Assembly: GCA_020444275.1 (NCBI GenBank)
Contig: JAHLLG010000002.1
Coordinates: forward strand, 404,266-468,265
Length of the DNA stretch: 64,000 bases
Source of the DNA: Bacteroidota bacterium
Lineage (GTDB): Bacteria; Bacteroidota; Bacteroidia; Bacteroidales; UBA12077
Reading direction: 5' to 3'
This document shows, in pieces, positions 27,147-37,372 of the stretch. The notes under the pieces are model-generated. The model searched no databases, was not told the DNA's origin, and was given only the letters and a program-made list of their open reading frames with translations. The translations under genes were made by a program, and so were the position numbers. How positions within the stretch are numbered: position 1 is the stretch's first letter; the number at the start of each line of letters is the position of its first letter.

Positions 27147-28629
27147 CCTGAATCTTTTTCAATAAATATTCCATTCCCAGTAAATTAGTACATGTAAGAA
27201 CCGAGCCTACAGTAACACCTAAAACTCCGTGTAAATTTACGTTTTGTCCGCTTAATAACAAATTGGGGATTTTTGTCCGTGGAGCTATTCGTGACTTTAA
27301 TGGTTCGTTGCTATCATGTTGGATACCATAAATGGAACCGTTTCGTGTGCCTGTGTAAGAAACCATTGAAAGAGGAGTAGAGGTATAGTAAGTTGTAATA
27401 CTTGATTTGAATCCCGGAAATTGTTTATCAATTTGATCAATAAGTAGTTCAGCTTTATATTTTTTAAATGCCTCGTAATCATCGCCTCGTTTACCAATGC
27501 TTGAATTTTCCCATTGCTTTACTTCACTGTATTTCATGTAGGTCATAGCAGTAGCTGTTTCTGCGTATTTCTTCGACTTACTTGAAGGTAATGTTAAAAA
27601 CAGATATTCCTGGGGCCACCGTTCCGGATCGTAATGCGGAATACTCCATACAGAATCTTCATTAAACTGATAGTAGTTGTAATTTAAATAAGGAAAGCTA
27701 TCTGGCTTAAAGGCAACGTAAATAGCAAATACAGAAATTGTTTCTTCAATATCATGAATCCGGTTACGATATGATTTTCGTAGCAAATGAGTATCTGTCA
27801 TTGCTAAAGTTAGTGTAGGATGTATGGCCGAAATGAAATTATTTGCTTCAATTACCTCGCCACTTTTCAATACGGCAGATTCTACTTTTTCACTTCCTAC
27901 ATTCAATTTAACTACCTCGCTGTCATTTAATAATGTTCCTCCGTTTTTCTGAATGGATTCAATAAGTACATCAGCAATTTGATGACTTCCATCTTCAAAT
28001 CGGTATGCTCCTTCAATTAAGGAATTGGTAATTAATGCATGAATTGCTACCGGAGTTTTATCCGGAATTCCCGCATAAAGCAAATTATTACCAGCCAGCA
28101 CATTTTGCAACGTTCTATTTGATGTAACAGAATTGATAAAGCTACCTACATTCTTTTCGTAGTAAATGTGTTCATCATCTTTTCCAAGGTTTGGTCGCAC
28201 ATTATACAAAGGAAACTCATTACAAATTTTCTTAATTTCATTGGTATACTTTTTTAACGACTCTTTTTCTTCAGGAAAATCCTGGGCTAAAGTTTCAATG
28301 AAATTATCATATCCCTGCGCATATGCATATTTTTTACCTTGAAAGTTTATTTGATCAAAAGAATCTAAATCTAATCTTTCTAACTTTAAGTCATCAATTA
28401 TTCCTGCATATTTAAAATACTGATGAAGGTTTTGACCTTCGCCTAATCCTCCAACGTAGTGAATTCCGGTATCAAATATTTTACCATCGCGCTTGAATGT
28501 TTGCAGGTTACCTCCAAAATGTTTCTGTTTCTCTAATACACAAACACTCATTCCTTCTTTGCTTAGAATATTTGCGCAAAAAAGACCTCCTAAACCACTA
28601 CCAATAATTACAACATCATACTTTGGCAT
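27139..28629 (-). CDS. FAD-dependent oxidoreductase, phytoene desaturase/CrtI-like
   Basis: N-terminal 'YDVVIIGSGLGGLFCANILSKEGMSVCVLEKQKHFGGN' dinucleotide-binding motif. 496 aa. 8-nt overlap with the downstream gene. Confidence 0.8.
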   Translation of the reverse strand: MPKYDVVIIGSGLGGLFCANILSKEGMSVCVLEKQKHFGGNLQTFKRDGKIFDTGIHYVGGLGEGQNLHQYFKYAGIIDDLKLERLDLDSFDQINFQGKKYAYAQGYDNFIETLAQDFPEEKESLKKYTNEIKKICNEFPLYNVRPNLGKDDEHIYYEKNVGSFINSVTSNRTLQNVLAGNNLLYAGIPDKTPVAIHALITNSLIEGAYRFEDGSHQIADVLIESIQKNGGTLLNDSEVVKLNVGSEKVESAVLKSGEVIEANNFISAIHPTLTLAMTDTHLLRKSYRNRIHDIEETISVFAIYVAFKPDSFPYLNYNYYQFNEDSVWSIPHYDPERWPQEYLFLTLPSSKSKKYAETATAMTYMKYSEVKQWENSSIGKRGDDYEAFKKYKAELLIDQIDKQFPGFKSSITTYYTSTPLSMVSYTGTRNGSIYGIQHDSNEPLKSRIAPRTKIPNLLLSGQNVNLHGVLGVTVGSVLTCTNLLGMEYLLKKIQDA

Positions 28630-28633
28630 ATCT

Positions 28634-31600
28634 TTACGATTGGTTCTTCCTTATAATATAAACTATATTCGACGTTAACTTGGTCTGATCAACAATTTCA
28701 ACTTGCATATTGTGTTTATTGAACATTTCCAGGATATCGTCGGATGATAAAAAGTATAACTGTTTTGAGCTATCTTTTGTTTTATTAAAACCAATAATTT
28801 TTGTTGATAAAAACTCCGAGAATTTGGTTCCTTTATGTCGTTCTTTTAGGTTTGTATTGGCATCACGTATTATGATCATTCCTTGGTCATTCAAATTTTT
28901 AATACAATTTGACACCAGAGTTTTCTGATCTTTCTTAGGAAGATAATGCAATACATCACTCAATAAAAAAACATCGGCCGGTTCAAAATTATACGTCGTA
29001 CTATCGGCACATTCAAAATTAACATGCTCGTTTTTTGAAATACAATTATTGGCAACCTGAATTTTTTCGCAATCATAATCGATACCGGTTACTACTCTAT
29101 CTTCAGAAACAAAGTGGAGCATGTATGAAAGGTATCCATAACCACATCCGATATCATAAATTTTTCCAGATCGCGGAATGATAGAATTAAACAATTCATA
29201 ATTGTTTTCCATTATCAGTTTTACTCGCAAATACCATTCTAAGACAGGTCCCTTGTAGGTATAATTCTTGATTAACTGATGTCGATAGTATTTTGTATCT
29301 TCTAACTCAAGGCGCATTTCATTATACATTTTCCGGAAATACCGACCAACCTTTTTCGCTCTTTCTGAATAGCTTTCACCAAACTCTTTATTTTCAGGAG
29401 TAATTCTATCCAAGAATTTTGCAGTTACAGTTCCGTTTTTAAGGAGCAGATCATCGCCTTTTGTCATGCAATATCCTGTCCCATGCAAAACTATTGGAAG
29501 AATATCAATATTAAGTTTCTCGGCTAAATAGAAAGCACCTTTATGGAATCGTTTCATTTTGTAGTTGGTAACACGGGTACCTTCCGGATAAACCAAAATG
29601 GAATATCCTTCATCAATCTTTTTCTGTAGTTTAGGCACAAGTGCTTCATATCCTTCAGAAACCGGATAGAAATCGGCCATTCGCACTACATGACCATAAA
29701 TTTTACTATTTTGAACCCAGTCGTTGGTAAGAATAATAATTTTGGGACTCATCAACATATTGTAAATTAGATCAATATGCGACTGGTGATTGCAAATAAT
29801 AATGCTGGGCTTTTTAAAATCTTCCTTGTTAGGATTAAGAATTACTTTCTTAATATTAAACATGCCATAAAATAGCGATGATGCAGAAAACACAATGGAA
29901 TAATTATATAGCAGCTTAATTTTCTTGTTATTAACATGCAAAATCTTAAATAAGACAAACCCTGTAATTGTAGTAAGAACTGAACCACCTATAAATAAAC
30001 TCCAGGCAAAAGTAGAACTTACAACTTCTTGAAAAGTATATGCAATTTTACCCTTTTTCTTTCGATTTAAAAGGAATAGATTAAACAAAGCAGGTTCTAA
30101 GGTATAGGATATGATAATTACCGATAATATCCCTATAATGGATAAAATAGCCATTGATTTTAAAGCAGGATGCTGCGCAATTATGAGTACTCCAATTCCG
30201 GTAATGGTAGTAACTCCGGATAAGAAAATGGAAGTTTTATATGAATCGAGGTTTTTAATTCCATATTTATAATCCTGCAATAATCCTCGCATGATAAAGA
30301 TAGAGTAATCAATTCCTAAACCGAAAATAAAAGTGGAAATAATGATGTTGAAGATCGTGAACTTAATACCTAAAATTCCCATAATTCCCAGCGTCCATAT
30401 CCATGAAATTGACATTGGGATAAAGGTTAGCAGAGCAAGTTCAATTCTACCAAATGATAATAGAAGGATTAGAAATACAATGGCTAAGGAAAGTTTAACC
30501 AGCAAGTTGAAATCATCCTTGAGCACACGAACCAAATTATCGGTCATATATTTCTTATCGAAAACCAAGAGATTTTGATCATCCGAAAAGGTTTCATAGA
30601 TTTTGTGTTTATCTAACTCATCCGCTTTTAAAACGCTAACCACAGTGGTCATTTTCTTATTTTCAGTAATAAAATCACTTACAAACAGATCTTGTAAATC
30701 TTTCAGTTCATCCTGATTAATTTGAGTGAATTCTTTTTCAAGCAATTGATAAAAATCTGTAAATGCATCACCTTTGAACTTATACTTTTCACCTGCATTT
30801 TGCAGGTTTTCTTTTAACTGATCAACTCTTTGAGTTGTCCAAAAGGCATTCCAACGCTCAATTCTTTTGCGTTGTAACGATTCAGAAATCAATACTGTAC
30901 TTACATTTGTGTATTGGCTAACAACACCACTCTCTTTTAATTTCTGTAGGTAGGGAATAGCTCTTTCATTATGTGTTAGGGCTTCTTCAAGATTATCGCC
31001 TGTACTAATTAAATAAACAGATTTTAAGGTAACATTGGCTATTTTATTCAGATTATCTTCAGCCTTTTTCAACTCTGGTGACAGGTAACTCATCTTATCC
31101 ATATCACCATCGAAGGATGTTTTACCTGAAAAAAAGAACGAAACAATAGTAAATGCAATTATTACAAGGATTAGGAATTTGTTCTTTTCATATGGATAGG
31201 ATGTAATTCTTTCGATGACTGATTTTTTCGAACGTACCTGGTTTTTTTCATAATCTCTTTTTCGCAAGAAATGAGGCAGAACAATCAAAGAAAACAGTGC
31301 TGCAACCGCAACACTAATTGCGGCAAACAGACCTAAATCCTGCAATGCCTTAGAGCTTACAAAAAGCAAGCATAAAAATGCAGAAGCGGTTGTGAGTGTA
31401 CTCATTAAAACAGGAGTGGAGATATCTTGTAAAACCTTTTTAATATCTCCAATGCTTCTGTAATGCGTAAAAAGGTGTAATGAATAATCAACAGTTATAC
31501 CAAGCAATACGGAGCCAATTCCAAGAGATATAGCCGAAATTTGTCCTTTAATCAAAAACAGGATGGCCAGTGATAAACTTCCTCCAAAAATGGCGGGAAG

Positions 31601-32500
31601 AAATAAAATAATGAAAATACTTTTCTTTCTAAAGAACAGACTCATAAATACCAGCAAGATGATAAGTGCAATGGTAACAGTTAGTTTAATGTCCTGCTTA
31701 ATTCTGTTTGCATTACCTACGGCAACTGCTGCTGCACCATAATACTGAATATCAATTGTCTGATTAAATTGTGTTTCAAGACTATCAACTTGTTCATCAA
31801 TAATAGAAATCAGTTCGCCATTTTTCTGGGTTTCGCCCGAAGGATGTGCTGATGTAAGAAATAGACTCAGGTTCTTTTGATCTTTGGTAAAAATTCTGCT
31901 GTTGTATATTTCATAGTTATCGCCAATTTGGAAACTGTTTAATCGGTTAAGAACAATAGGTGTAAAATGAAGTGGATCTTTCATTACATATTGTTTCATA
32001 ACCATGCTGGCCGGCGAAATTAGTGTTTTGAAGTTGTTCTTTATGGCTTGCTCAATAGAAGATTCCTGCAATAAACTATCTATCTTCTGATAATCCTCTT
32101 CTTCTAAAAAAATAGGCAGATTGTGAAAGAAAACATCATAAACTTCATTCATTACCTGGTCGGAAACCTGATAGTTAATCGTTTTTATCAGATCGGATTG
32201 ATGTTTTTCAAGTTTTCTGTTTAAAATATCAGCACACTCAATTAATTGGGCAGGATCTGTTTTTGTGCTATCGGTTAATGAAAAATTGATAATCAACTTA
32301 TCCATGAAGTTGATATTTTGTGATGCTTCACTTATTCGCTGAATATTTTCATCGGACGGAAGCATTCGGGTAATATCCTCTTCGAATTGTATTTTTGAAA
32401 CAAAGTACGCAGACAATCCAAATAAAATCAGGATTATCAAGATTGATGAGACGCTGAATTTTCTGATGAATTTGTATATACCGTAAAATAGATTGGACAT
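28634..32500 (-). CDS. Trifunctional MMPL/RND-type exporter - PlsC-type acyltransferase - class I SAM methyltransferase fusion
   Basis: 1288 aa. Two blocks of roughly 6 TM helices (MMPL-like) come first. The acyltransferase motifs are 'NHQSHIDL' (HX4D, nt ~29772-29795) and 'YPEGTR' (nt ~29580-29600). The C-terminal SAM motif I is 'IYDIGCGYGYLS' (nt ~29135-29160). Confidence 0.85.
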   Translation of the reverse strand: MSNLFYGIYKFIRKFSVSSILIILILFGLSAYFVSKIQFEEDITRMLPSDENIQRISEASQNINFMDKLIINFSLTDSTKTDPAQLIECADILNRKLEKHQSDLIKTINYQVSDQVMNEVYDVFFHNLPIFLEEEDYQKIDSLLQESSIEQAIKNNFKTLISPASMVMKQYVMKDPLHFTPIVLNRLNSFQIGDNYEIYNSRIFTKDQKNLSLFLTSAHPSGETQKNGELISIIDEQVDSLETQFNQTIDIQYYGAAAVAVGNANRIKQDIKLTVTIALIILLVFMSLFFRKKSIFIILFLPAIFGGSLSLAILFLIKGQISAISLGIGSVLLGITVDYSLHLFTHYRSIGDIKKVLQDISTPVLMSTLTTASAFLCLLFVSSKALQDLGLFAAISVAVAALFSLIVLPHFLRKRDYEKNQVRSKKSVIERITSYPYEKNKFLILVIIAFTIVSFFFSGKTSFDGDMDKMSYLSPELKKAEDNLNKIANVTLKSVYLISTGDNLEEALTHNERAIPYLQKLKESGVVSQYTNVSTVLISESLQRKRIERWNAFWTTQRVDQLKENLQNAGEKYKFKGDAFTDFYQLLEKEFTQINQDELKDLQDLFVSDFITENKKMTTVVSVLKADELDKHKIYETFSDDQNLLVFDKKYMTDNLVRVLKDDFNLLVKLSLAIVFLILLLSFGRIELALLTFIPMSISWIWTLGIMGILGIKFTIFNIIISTFIFGLGIDYSIFIMRGLLQDYKYGIKNLDSYKTSIFLSGVTTITGIGVLIIAQHPALKSMAILSIIGILSVIIISYTLEPALFNLFLLNRKKKGKIAYTFQEVVSSTFAWSLFIGGSVLTTITGFVLFKILHVNNKKIKLLYNYSIVFSASSLFYGMFNIKKVILNPNKEDFKKPSIIICNHQSHIDLIYNMLMSPKIIILTNDWVQNSKIYGHVVRMADFYPVSEGYEALVPKLQKKIDEGYSILVYPEGTRVTNYKMKRFHKGAFYLAEKLNIDILPIVLHGTGYCMTKGDDLLLKNGTVTAKFLDRITPENKEFGESYSERAKKVGRYFRKMYNEMRLELEDTKYYRHQLIKNYTYKGPVLEWYLRVKLIMENNYELFNSIIPRSGKIYDIGCGYGYLSYMLHFVSEDRVVTGIDYDCEKIQVANNCISKNEHVNFECADSTTYNFEPADVFLLSDVLHYLPKKDQKTLVSNCIKNLNDQGMIIIRDANTNLKERHKGTKFSEFLSTKIIGFNKTKDSSKQLYFLSSDDILEMFNKHNMQVEIVDQTKLTSNIVYIIRKNQS

Positions 32501-32510
32501 TGTGAATTGA

Positions 32511-33719
32511 TTAATCTTGATAAGATTTTACATACTCTTCCTGTAGAACAGGTTTTTTTCTAAAGATAAGAAGTAAAATATAAGTAACAAAACCAAACGT
32601 TAGGGCCAGGATTACACCAAATACAAGGCTTCCGACCACATATTGAATTAAGTTATCTTTAATTAAATCAAAAGTGATATTTGAATTGAAGCTAAGATTC
32701 AACTTATTCGCATCAATAAACAATTCTCCGGTTTTAAAACTTGCGTAAAGAATAATTGGAATCATAGGAGGAATACTGATATTTGATGTAACCAGTACAA
32801 TTACTTTATTCAATTTTAAAATATGTGCTAAAGCAAAAGCAATCAACATCTGATATCCCCACACAGGAGCAACACCCATAAACAGTCCCAACATAACAGC
32901 AAGTGTAATTTTAATATTGGGTTCTTTGTTTTGAAGTATTTGTACACGTAAGAATTCCTGAATATTTCTTTTGTTTAATCTCTTAACAAAGGCAAACGGT
33001 TTGGTTACCAAAAGAGCATAAAAAACCAGAAAAGTGTTTAAAATGCTTATTCGGGTAAAATCCTTAAACGGGTTAAAATGAGAAACCCGAGTTTCTTTAG
33101 GAGCATAATAAACCTGTATAGGCAAATGTGTTACATCTATTCCTTTCCATGCTGCACGAACAATTACTTCAATTTCGAATTCGTACTTTCTGGTAAAAAA
33201 ATGCATTTTACTTAATGGTTTTAGGGGATAAAGTCTAAAACCAGATTGTGTATCGGGCAAGGATATTCCTGTTTCGAACTTAAACCAGAAATTGGAAAAG
33301 CGGTTACCAAAACTACTCTTACCGGGTATTCCATCCTGCTCCATATTTCGGTTACCGATAATAATTGCATTGGGATTTTCCTCTATAGCTTCTACAAATT
33401 TTGGTAAATCTGAAGCAAAATGTTGTCCATCAGAATCAATGGTAATAGCATACTCATACCCTTTATTCCACGCATGTTTAAAGCCGGTTCTTAAAGCAAA
33501 TCCTTTTCCTTTGTTTTTAGCATAGCTTACCACATCAATTGGATCTATCTGGTTTAAAAGATCCTGGGTATTATCTGTAGAACCGTCGTTTACTACAATA
33601 ACCTGATTAGTGTATTTCAATACATCAGCAACAACTTTTTCAATGGTTTGATGATTATTGTACGTTGGTATGATTACACAGCATTTTCGCTCCCTGAACA
33701 GTTCGTGGTACTTTTCCAA
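32511..33719 (-). CDS. Family 2 glycosyltransferase with C-terminal membrane domain
   Basis: 'CCVIIPTYNNHQTI', 'VVNDGSTDNT' and 'IDSDGQH'. The C-terminal third has several TM helices. Confidence 0.85.
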   Translation of the reverse strand: MEKYHELFRERKCCVIIPTYNNHQTIEKVVADVLKYTNQVIVVNDGSTDNTQDLLNQIDPIDVVSYAKNKGKGFALRTGFKHAWNKGYEYAITIDSDGQHFASDLPKFVEAIEENPNAIIIGNRNMEQDGIPGKSSFGNRFSNFWFKFETGISLPDTQSGFRLYPLKPLSKMHFFTRKYEFEIEVIVRAAWKGIDVTHLPIQVYYAPKETRVSHFNPFKDFTRISILNTFLVFYALLVTKPFAFVKRLNKRNIQEFLRVQILQNKEPNIKITLAVMLGLFMGVAPVWGYQMLIAFALAHILKLNKVIVLVTSNISIPPMIPIILYASFKTGELFIDANKLNLSFNSNITFDLIKDNLIQYVVGSLVFGVILALTFGFVTYILLLIFRKKPVLQEEYVKSYQD

Positions 33720-33737
33720 AATAAGTTCCTCCCCAAA

Positions 33738-34112
33738 TTACTTTGCAGTAAAGTTACCTTTAAATTTATAAAAAACCTGATCTCCAAAATAAGTAACGCT
33801 GTTTACCTTAATAAGGTTTTGTTCATTATCATATTTTACTTTTAGATCAACATGAAGGGTTTGATTAACTTCCGGATTTACTACTGCCATGAACTTAATA
33901 TTATCAGCGTATACAAGCTTTAATTCCTTTTTTTCTGCTGCTTCCATTATTTCTTTAATCAATTGTGTAAGGCAAACCCCCGGAACAACCGGATTGCCCG
34001 GAAAATGACCTTTATACACTTCATGATCTTTGTTCAGATCGATAATGGCTTTCAGGTTCTCTTGATCACTGGTATTTAATTCGGTTAGGGTATAGAAATT
34101 TTTTAAGAGCAT
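33738..34112 (-). CDS. Hotdog-fold 3-hydroxyacyl-ACP dehydratase (FabZ/FabA-like)
   Basis: 'YKGHFPGNPVVPGVCLTQLIKE' matches the FabZ 'HFP..PV.PGV' active-site motif. Confidence 0.75.
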   Translation of the reverse strand: MLLKNFYTLTELNTSDQENLKAIIDLNKDHEVYKGHFPGNPVVPGVCLTQLIKEIMEAAEKKELKLVYADNIKFMAVVNPEVNQTLHVDLKVKYDNEQNLIKVNSVTYFGDQVFYKFKGNFTAK

Positions 34113-34113
34113 T

Positions 34114-34800
34114 TTATTGTATCAGTTTTAAATCCATGTTTAGTTTTATATTATGATGTTCCAGTTTTATTTCTCCTGGTATATCACCCCGGTATGCATA
34201 CAAACCTACTGAAATTTTTTCAGAATTTCGTTTCGATAAGTTCATGTTTACAACCCTTTGAGTATTGATATTTTCTATATAATTATAGTTTAGATTACCT
34301 TTTGCAAACTGCCAGATTCTCTGATTTTGATCTTTATTATCAATTAGATGAATGCCATCAAACTGGTTTTGCATCAAGAGCAGATTAAAATCTGTTTGGA
34401 ATGTATTCAGAATTACTTTTTTATTAAGATACTCAACGCAATATTCAACCTGTAGTTCTCCGTTATTCAGTTCAAAATCAAATAGTTTTAATCCAAACTG
34501 CGTGGTTAAGGCAATCCGGAATACTTTTTCTTCAATCTTCTTTATGATCAACAAGCCACCAATATCATTTTTGTAAAAACGAATATCTGCTTTGTAAATT
34601 AAGGTTTCATCGGAGTGGGGAAGGGCATATGGTATTTTTTGAATATCTGCTTTATTAAGTTTCGTGCTGGGTAGGTTTTTGTATGGATTAGCACAGCTTG
34701 AAAGACATATAAAAATTACAAATATCAAATATCGAATAAGATTCAATTTAATCTGCTGGCATTTTTTTGCAGTGTTTATTATTCGGTGTTCAATATTCAT
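34114..34800 (-). CDS. Hypothetical lipoprotein (APE-locus associated)
   Basis: 228 aa. TM/lipobox 'FICLSSC'. Its position between the dehydratase and LolA-like genes is the same as for unknown lipoproteins in aryl-polyene loci. Confidence 0.5.
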   Translation of the reverse strand: MNIEHRIINTAKKCQQIKLNLIRYLIFVIFICLSSCANPYKNLPSTKLNKADIQKIPYALPHSDETLIYKADIRFYKNDIGGLLIIKKIEEKVFRIALTTQFGLKLFDFELNNGELQVEYCVEYLNKKVILNTFQTDFNLLLMQNQFDGIHLIDNKDQNQRIWQFAKGNLNYNYIENINTQRVVNMNLSKRNSEKISVGLYAYRGDIPGEIKLEHHNIKLNMDLKLIQ

Positions 34801-34915
34801 TTAATTTTAGATTATTAGATATATATTACTTTGTGCTTCTTTTTGACTTGGCGTCTTTGTGGCAAGATTATAATAGCCACTAAGTCTCAAAGACTCTAAA
34901 TTAAACTAAGAATAA

Positions 34916-35554
34916 TTATAAAATAAATTTATCACTATCAATTTTTTGATTCAGTTTTCTATTAATGAAATCAATGCTTGTATAATCATCTGAACTTTCA
35001 ATCATCTTAATTTTGGCAACTGAAATCTCTGATTTATCAATATATATTTTAATTATTTTCAGCATGCTTTTCATTTCTGGTAATTTAGGTTCCAGATCAA
35101 GTAAGTACTGTGTTGAATTTTCGAAATAACTCACATTAAAACGCTCATTATCTGTAAATAAATTACCTTGTATGGTACCAATCATCATATTGTTGATTTC
35201 ACTAAACATTTTGTTCGATTCGGTATCGAAAGTACTGATTTTAGATCCATCTTTAATAAATATATTCTTGTCATTAAACACAATAATATATTCGAATGGT
35301 TCGGAATATTCCCAACGCAGTTTATCAGGACTTTTAAAATAGAATTTACCTTTGGAGATAATGTTCTCTGTTAAAAAACTTAGATGTTTTTCCTGTATAA
35401 ACTGGCTTTGAATGGTTGAGGTGTTTTCTGTTAATTTAGCCAATTCGGTTTTAACCTTTTCAATGTTGTTTACCTTATTGAATCCATTATCTTGTGCTTT
35501 TAAAAAAGCAACAAATATGAGTAAACTTAAAACTGTACTTAATATTTTATTCAT
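34916..35554 (-). CDS. LolA-like outer-membrane lipoprotein carrier protein
   Basis: Signal peptide. 'FIQEKHLSFL....SKGKFYFKSPDKLRWEYSEPFEYIIVFNDKNIFI' is the LolA family pattern. Confidence 0.7.
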   Translation of the reverse strand: MNKILSTVLSLLIFVAFLKAQDNGFNKVNNIEKVKTELAKLTENTSTIQSQFIQEKHLSFLTENIISKGKFYFKSPDKLRWEYSEPFEYIIVFNDKNIFIKDGSKISTFDTESNKMFSEINNMMIGTIQGNLFTDNERFNVSYFENSTQYLLDLEPKLPEMKSMLKIIKIYIDKSEISVAKIKMIESSDDYTSIDFINRKLNQKIDSDKFIL

Positions 35555-36308
35555 ATACTTTAATATCTAAAAGTTCATCGAGCGGAACAATTTTATAATT
35601 CTCTGATTGAGCAAACTCTAAAAATGGTTTTAATATTTCAGTAATTTGTTCCCGGTTATCATGAAATAAGATAATTGCTCCTGGCTTTAATTTATTCTTT
35701 AACCTAAATACGGTTTTTTTAACATGATTAATTGTATCAAAAGAACGAATGCTCCATCCAATAGTGTTAAAATCGAAATTTTTAATGGCTTTTTTCAAAG
35801 AAGGATTGGTAACACCATATGGTGGGCGAAATAATTTCGGTTTTTTACCAATTGTCTCAAATATCAAGCCATTTGTTTTTTCAATTTCCAGCTTCATTTT
35901 TTCAGCAGGATACAGATCGAACCATCGTTCATGCGACCAGCTGTGATTCCCTATTAAATGCCCTTTCTGATCAATTAATTTCAGGGTTTCTTTATTTTCT
36001 TCAATGTGTTTTCCAATACAGAAAAATGTAGCTTTTACATTGAATTGATTTAACAGTTCTAAAACTTGTGGTGTGATTTTAGGATCAGGACCATCGTCAA
36101 AAGTAATGGAGATTTTTCTTTCTGAAGTATCTGCGATACAGTGTGTTTTTATATAAACCTGAGAACAGATAGCGTATGAGCAATATACAAGATGTGCTAA
36201 AAAAAGTGCTGTAATTATACTAAAAAATATCCCTTTCCATGGAAGAAAGAGATAAACCAGGACTAAAACAATGATGTAAAGAACGAATGTAGTTCTTGGT
36301 TTTATCAT
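35547..36308 (-). CDS. Polysaccharide deacetylase (NodB/CE4) family protein, membrane anchored
   Basis: 'ISITFDDGPDP', 'GNHSWSHE' and 'RPPYG' NodB motifs, with N-terminal TM helices. Confidence 0.85.
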   Translation of the reverse strand: MIKPRTTFVLYIIVLVLVYLFLPWKGIFFSIITALFLAHLVYCSYAICSQVYIKTHCIADTSERKISITFDDGPDPKITPQVLELLNQFNVKATFFCIGKHIEENKETLKLIDQKGHLIGNHSWSHERWFDLYPAEKMKLEIEKTNGLIFETIGKKPKLFRPPYGVTNPSLKKAIKNFDFNTIGWSIRSFDTINHVKKTVFRLKNKLKPGAIILFHDNREQITEILKPFLEFAQSENYKIVPLDELLDIKVYE

Positions 36309-37369
36309 TGAGTTAATAAAAATAATGAATGATCAACTTCTCTAAAATGATTATATACCAATACATTCTTGATTGGCTTTTCAGTAAAGTTTTCTTTTCT
36401 GAAACGAGCAACTTCAGGTACTTTCTGATGTTTAATAGTATTTGCAGCAAACCATAATGCAAATGATCCGACGGTATGATAATCGCCCGACAGGTGTTTA
36501 AAGTAAGCGTAATTGGTATTAAAATAGTTATCTGCCAAGTGATAGTAAACATCATCGGTATCAACATTTCCGTTTAATCCTAAAAGTACCAGGTCAATAT
36601 CATCTTTGGTAAGATTATTTTTAGCTAAAAACTCATCAATTTTTGTTTCAATTTCCTGATTATCTTTAGGCTTATAGATGGTTTTGATATCTTGTATTTT
36701 GGCGTAGTTCGCATCAGATTTTTTTCCCGTAAGCGCAAAAAAGCTCACACCTTCGCCTACAATTGTTCCTTGTGTTTTATGATCTAATAGTTCTAAACTA
36801 TTAATAGTTTCCTTTTTTACCCAACGAGTTTTTTTAATAATAGAATGATGCTCTTGGGTTATTTCATCAAATCCACCCACTAAAACATCATCAGCGTCTT
36901 TATTTTCGACCAATAACATACCATCTAACAAAGCACTTTCGAAAGAGAAACCACGATGCGAGTAGGTATTGTTATAATTGAAACATTTTAAGGCAATGGC
37001 AACCTGACCACTTATTGTATTGTGTGTAGACTGAATGAAAGCAGTGGGAGTAAGGAATTCTTCGTTAAAATCTAACACCTGATTTAGGAACTTTTCTGTA
37101 TCACCAACTAATCCCAATCCTGTTCCGGTAATTATAGCACCAGGTTGTTCAATTCCGGCATCCTTTAAGCAAATTTTAGAGGATGCAATTCCCATCTTGA
37201 TTAATTTACTCATCCTACGGAGCTGAATAGGATTTATATATTCCTTGTACTTAGGTTCAACACTTAACAGAAAATCTGTTTCGTGATTAATGATATCATC
37301 TAAAAATACATTAGGATCTGTTGTATTTTGAGGCGAAATATTACCTATGCCTTTTATATAAACTTCCAT
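36305..37369 (-). CDS. KS-like chain-length-factor type protein (no active-site Cys)
   Basis: Thiolase-fold length and pattern, but the KS Cys position reads 'FIQSTHNTISGQ'. 4-nt overlap with the downstream gene, and it sits directly after a true KS. Confidence 0.7.
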   Translation of the reverse strand: MEVYIKGIGNISPQNTTDPNVFLDDIINHETDFLLSVEPKYKEYINPIQLRRMSKLIKMGIASSKICLKDAGIEQPGAIITGTGLGLVGDTEKFLNQVLDFNEEFLTPTAFIQSTHNTISGQVAIALKCFNYNNTYSHRGFSFESALLDGMLLVENKDADDVLVGGFDEITQEHHSIIKKTRWVKKETINSLELLDHKTQGTIVGEGVSFFALTGKKSDANYAKIQDIKTIYKPKDNQEIETKIDEFLAKNNLTKDDIDLVLLGLNGNVDTDDVYYHLADNYFNTNYAYFKHLSGDYHTVGSFALWFAANTIKHQKVPEVARFRKENFTEKPIKNVLVYNHFREVDHSLFLLTQ

Positions 37370-37372
37370 ACT

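Noticed and set aside
27297-27497. Nested same-strand small ORFs (27297..27497, 36313..36567, 21612..21929, 22665..22892, 8068..8256, 63533..63733)
   Set aside because: They are out-of-frame ORFs wholly inside longer motif-supported genes on the same strand, or overlap them. The pair 21612/22665 is duplicated only because the host genes are duplicated.
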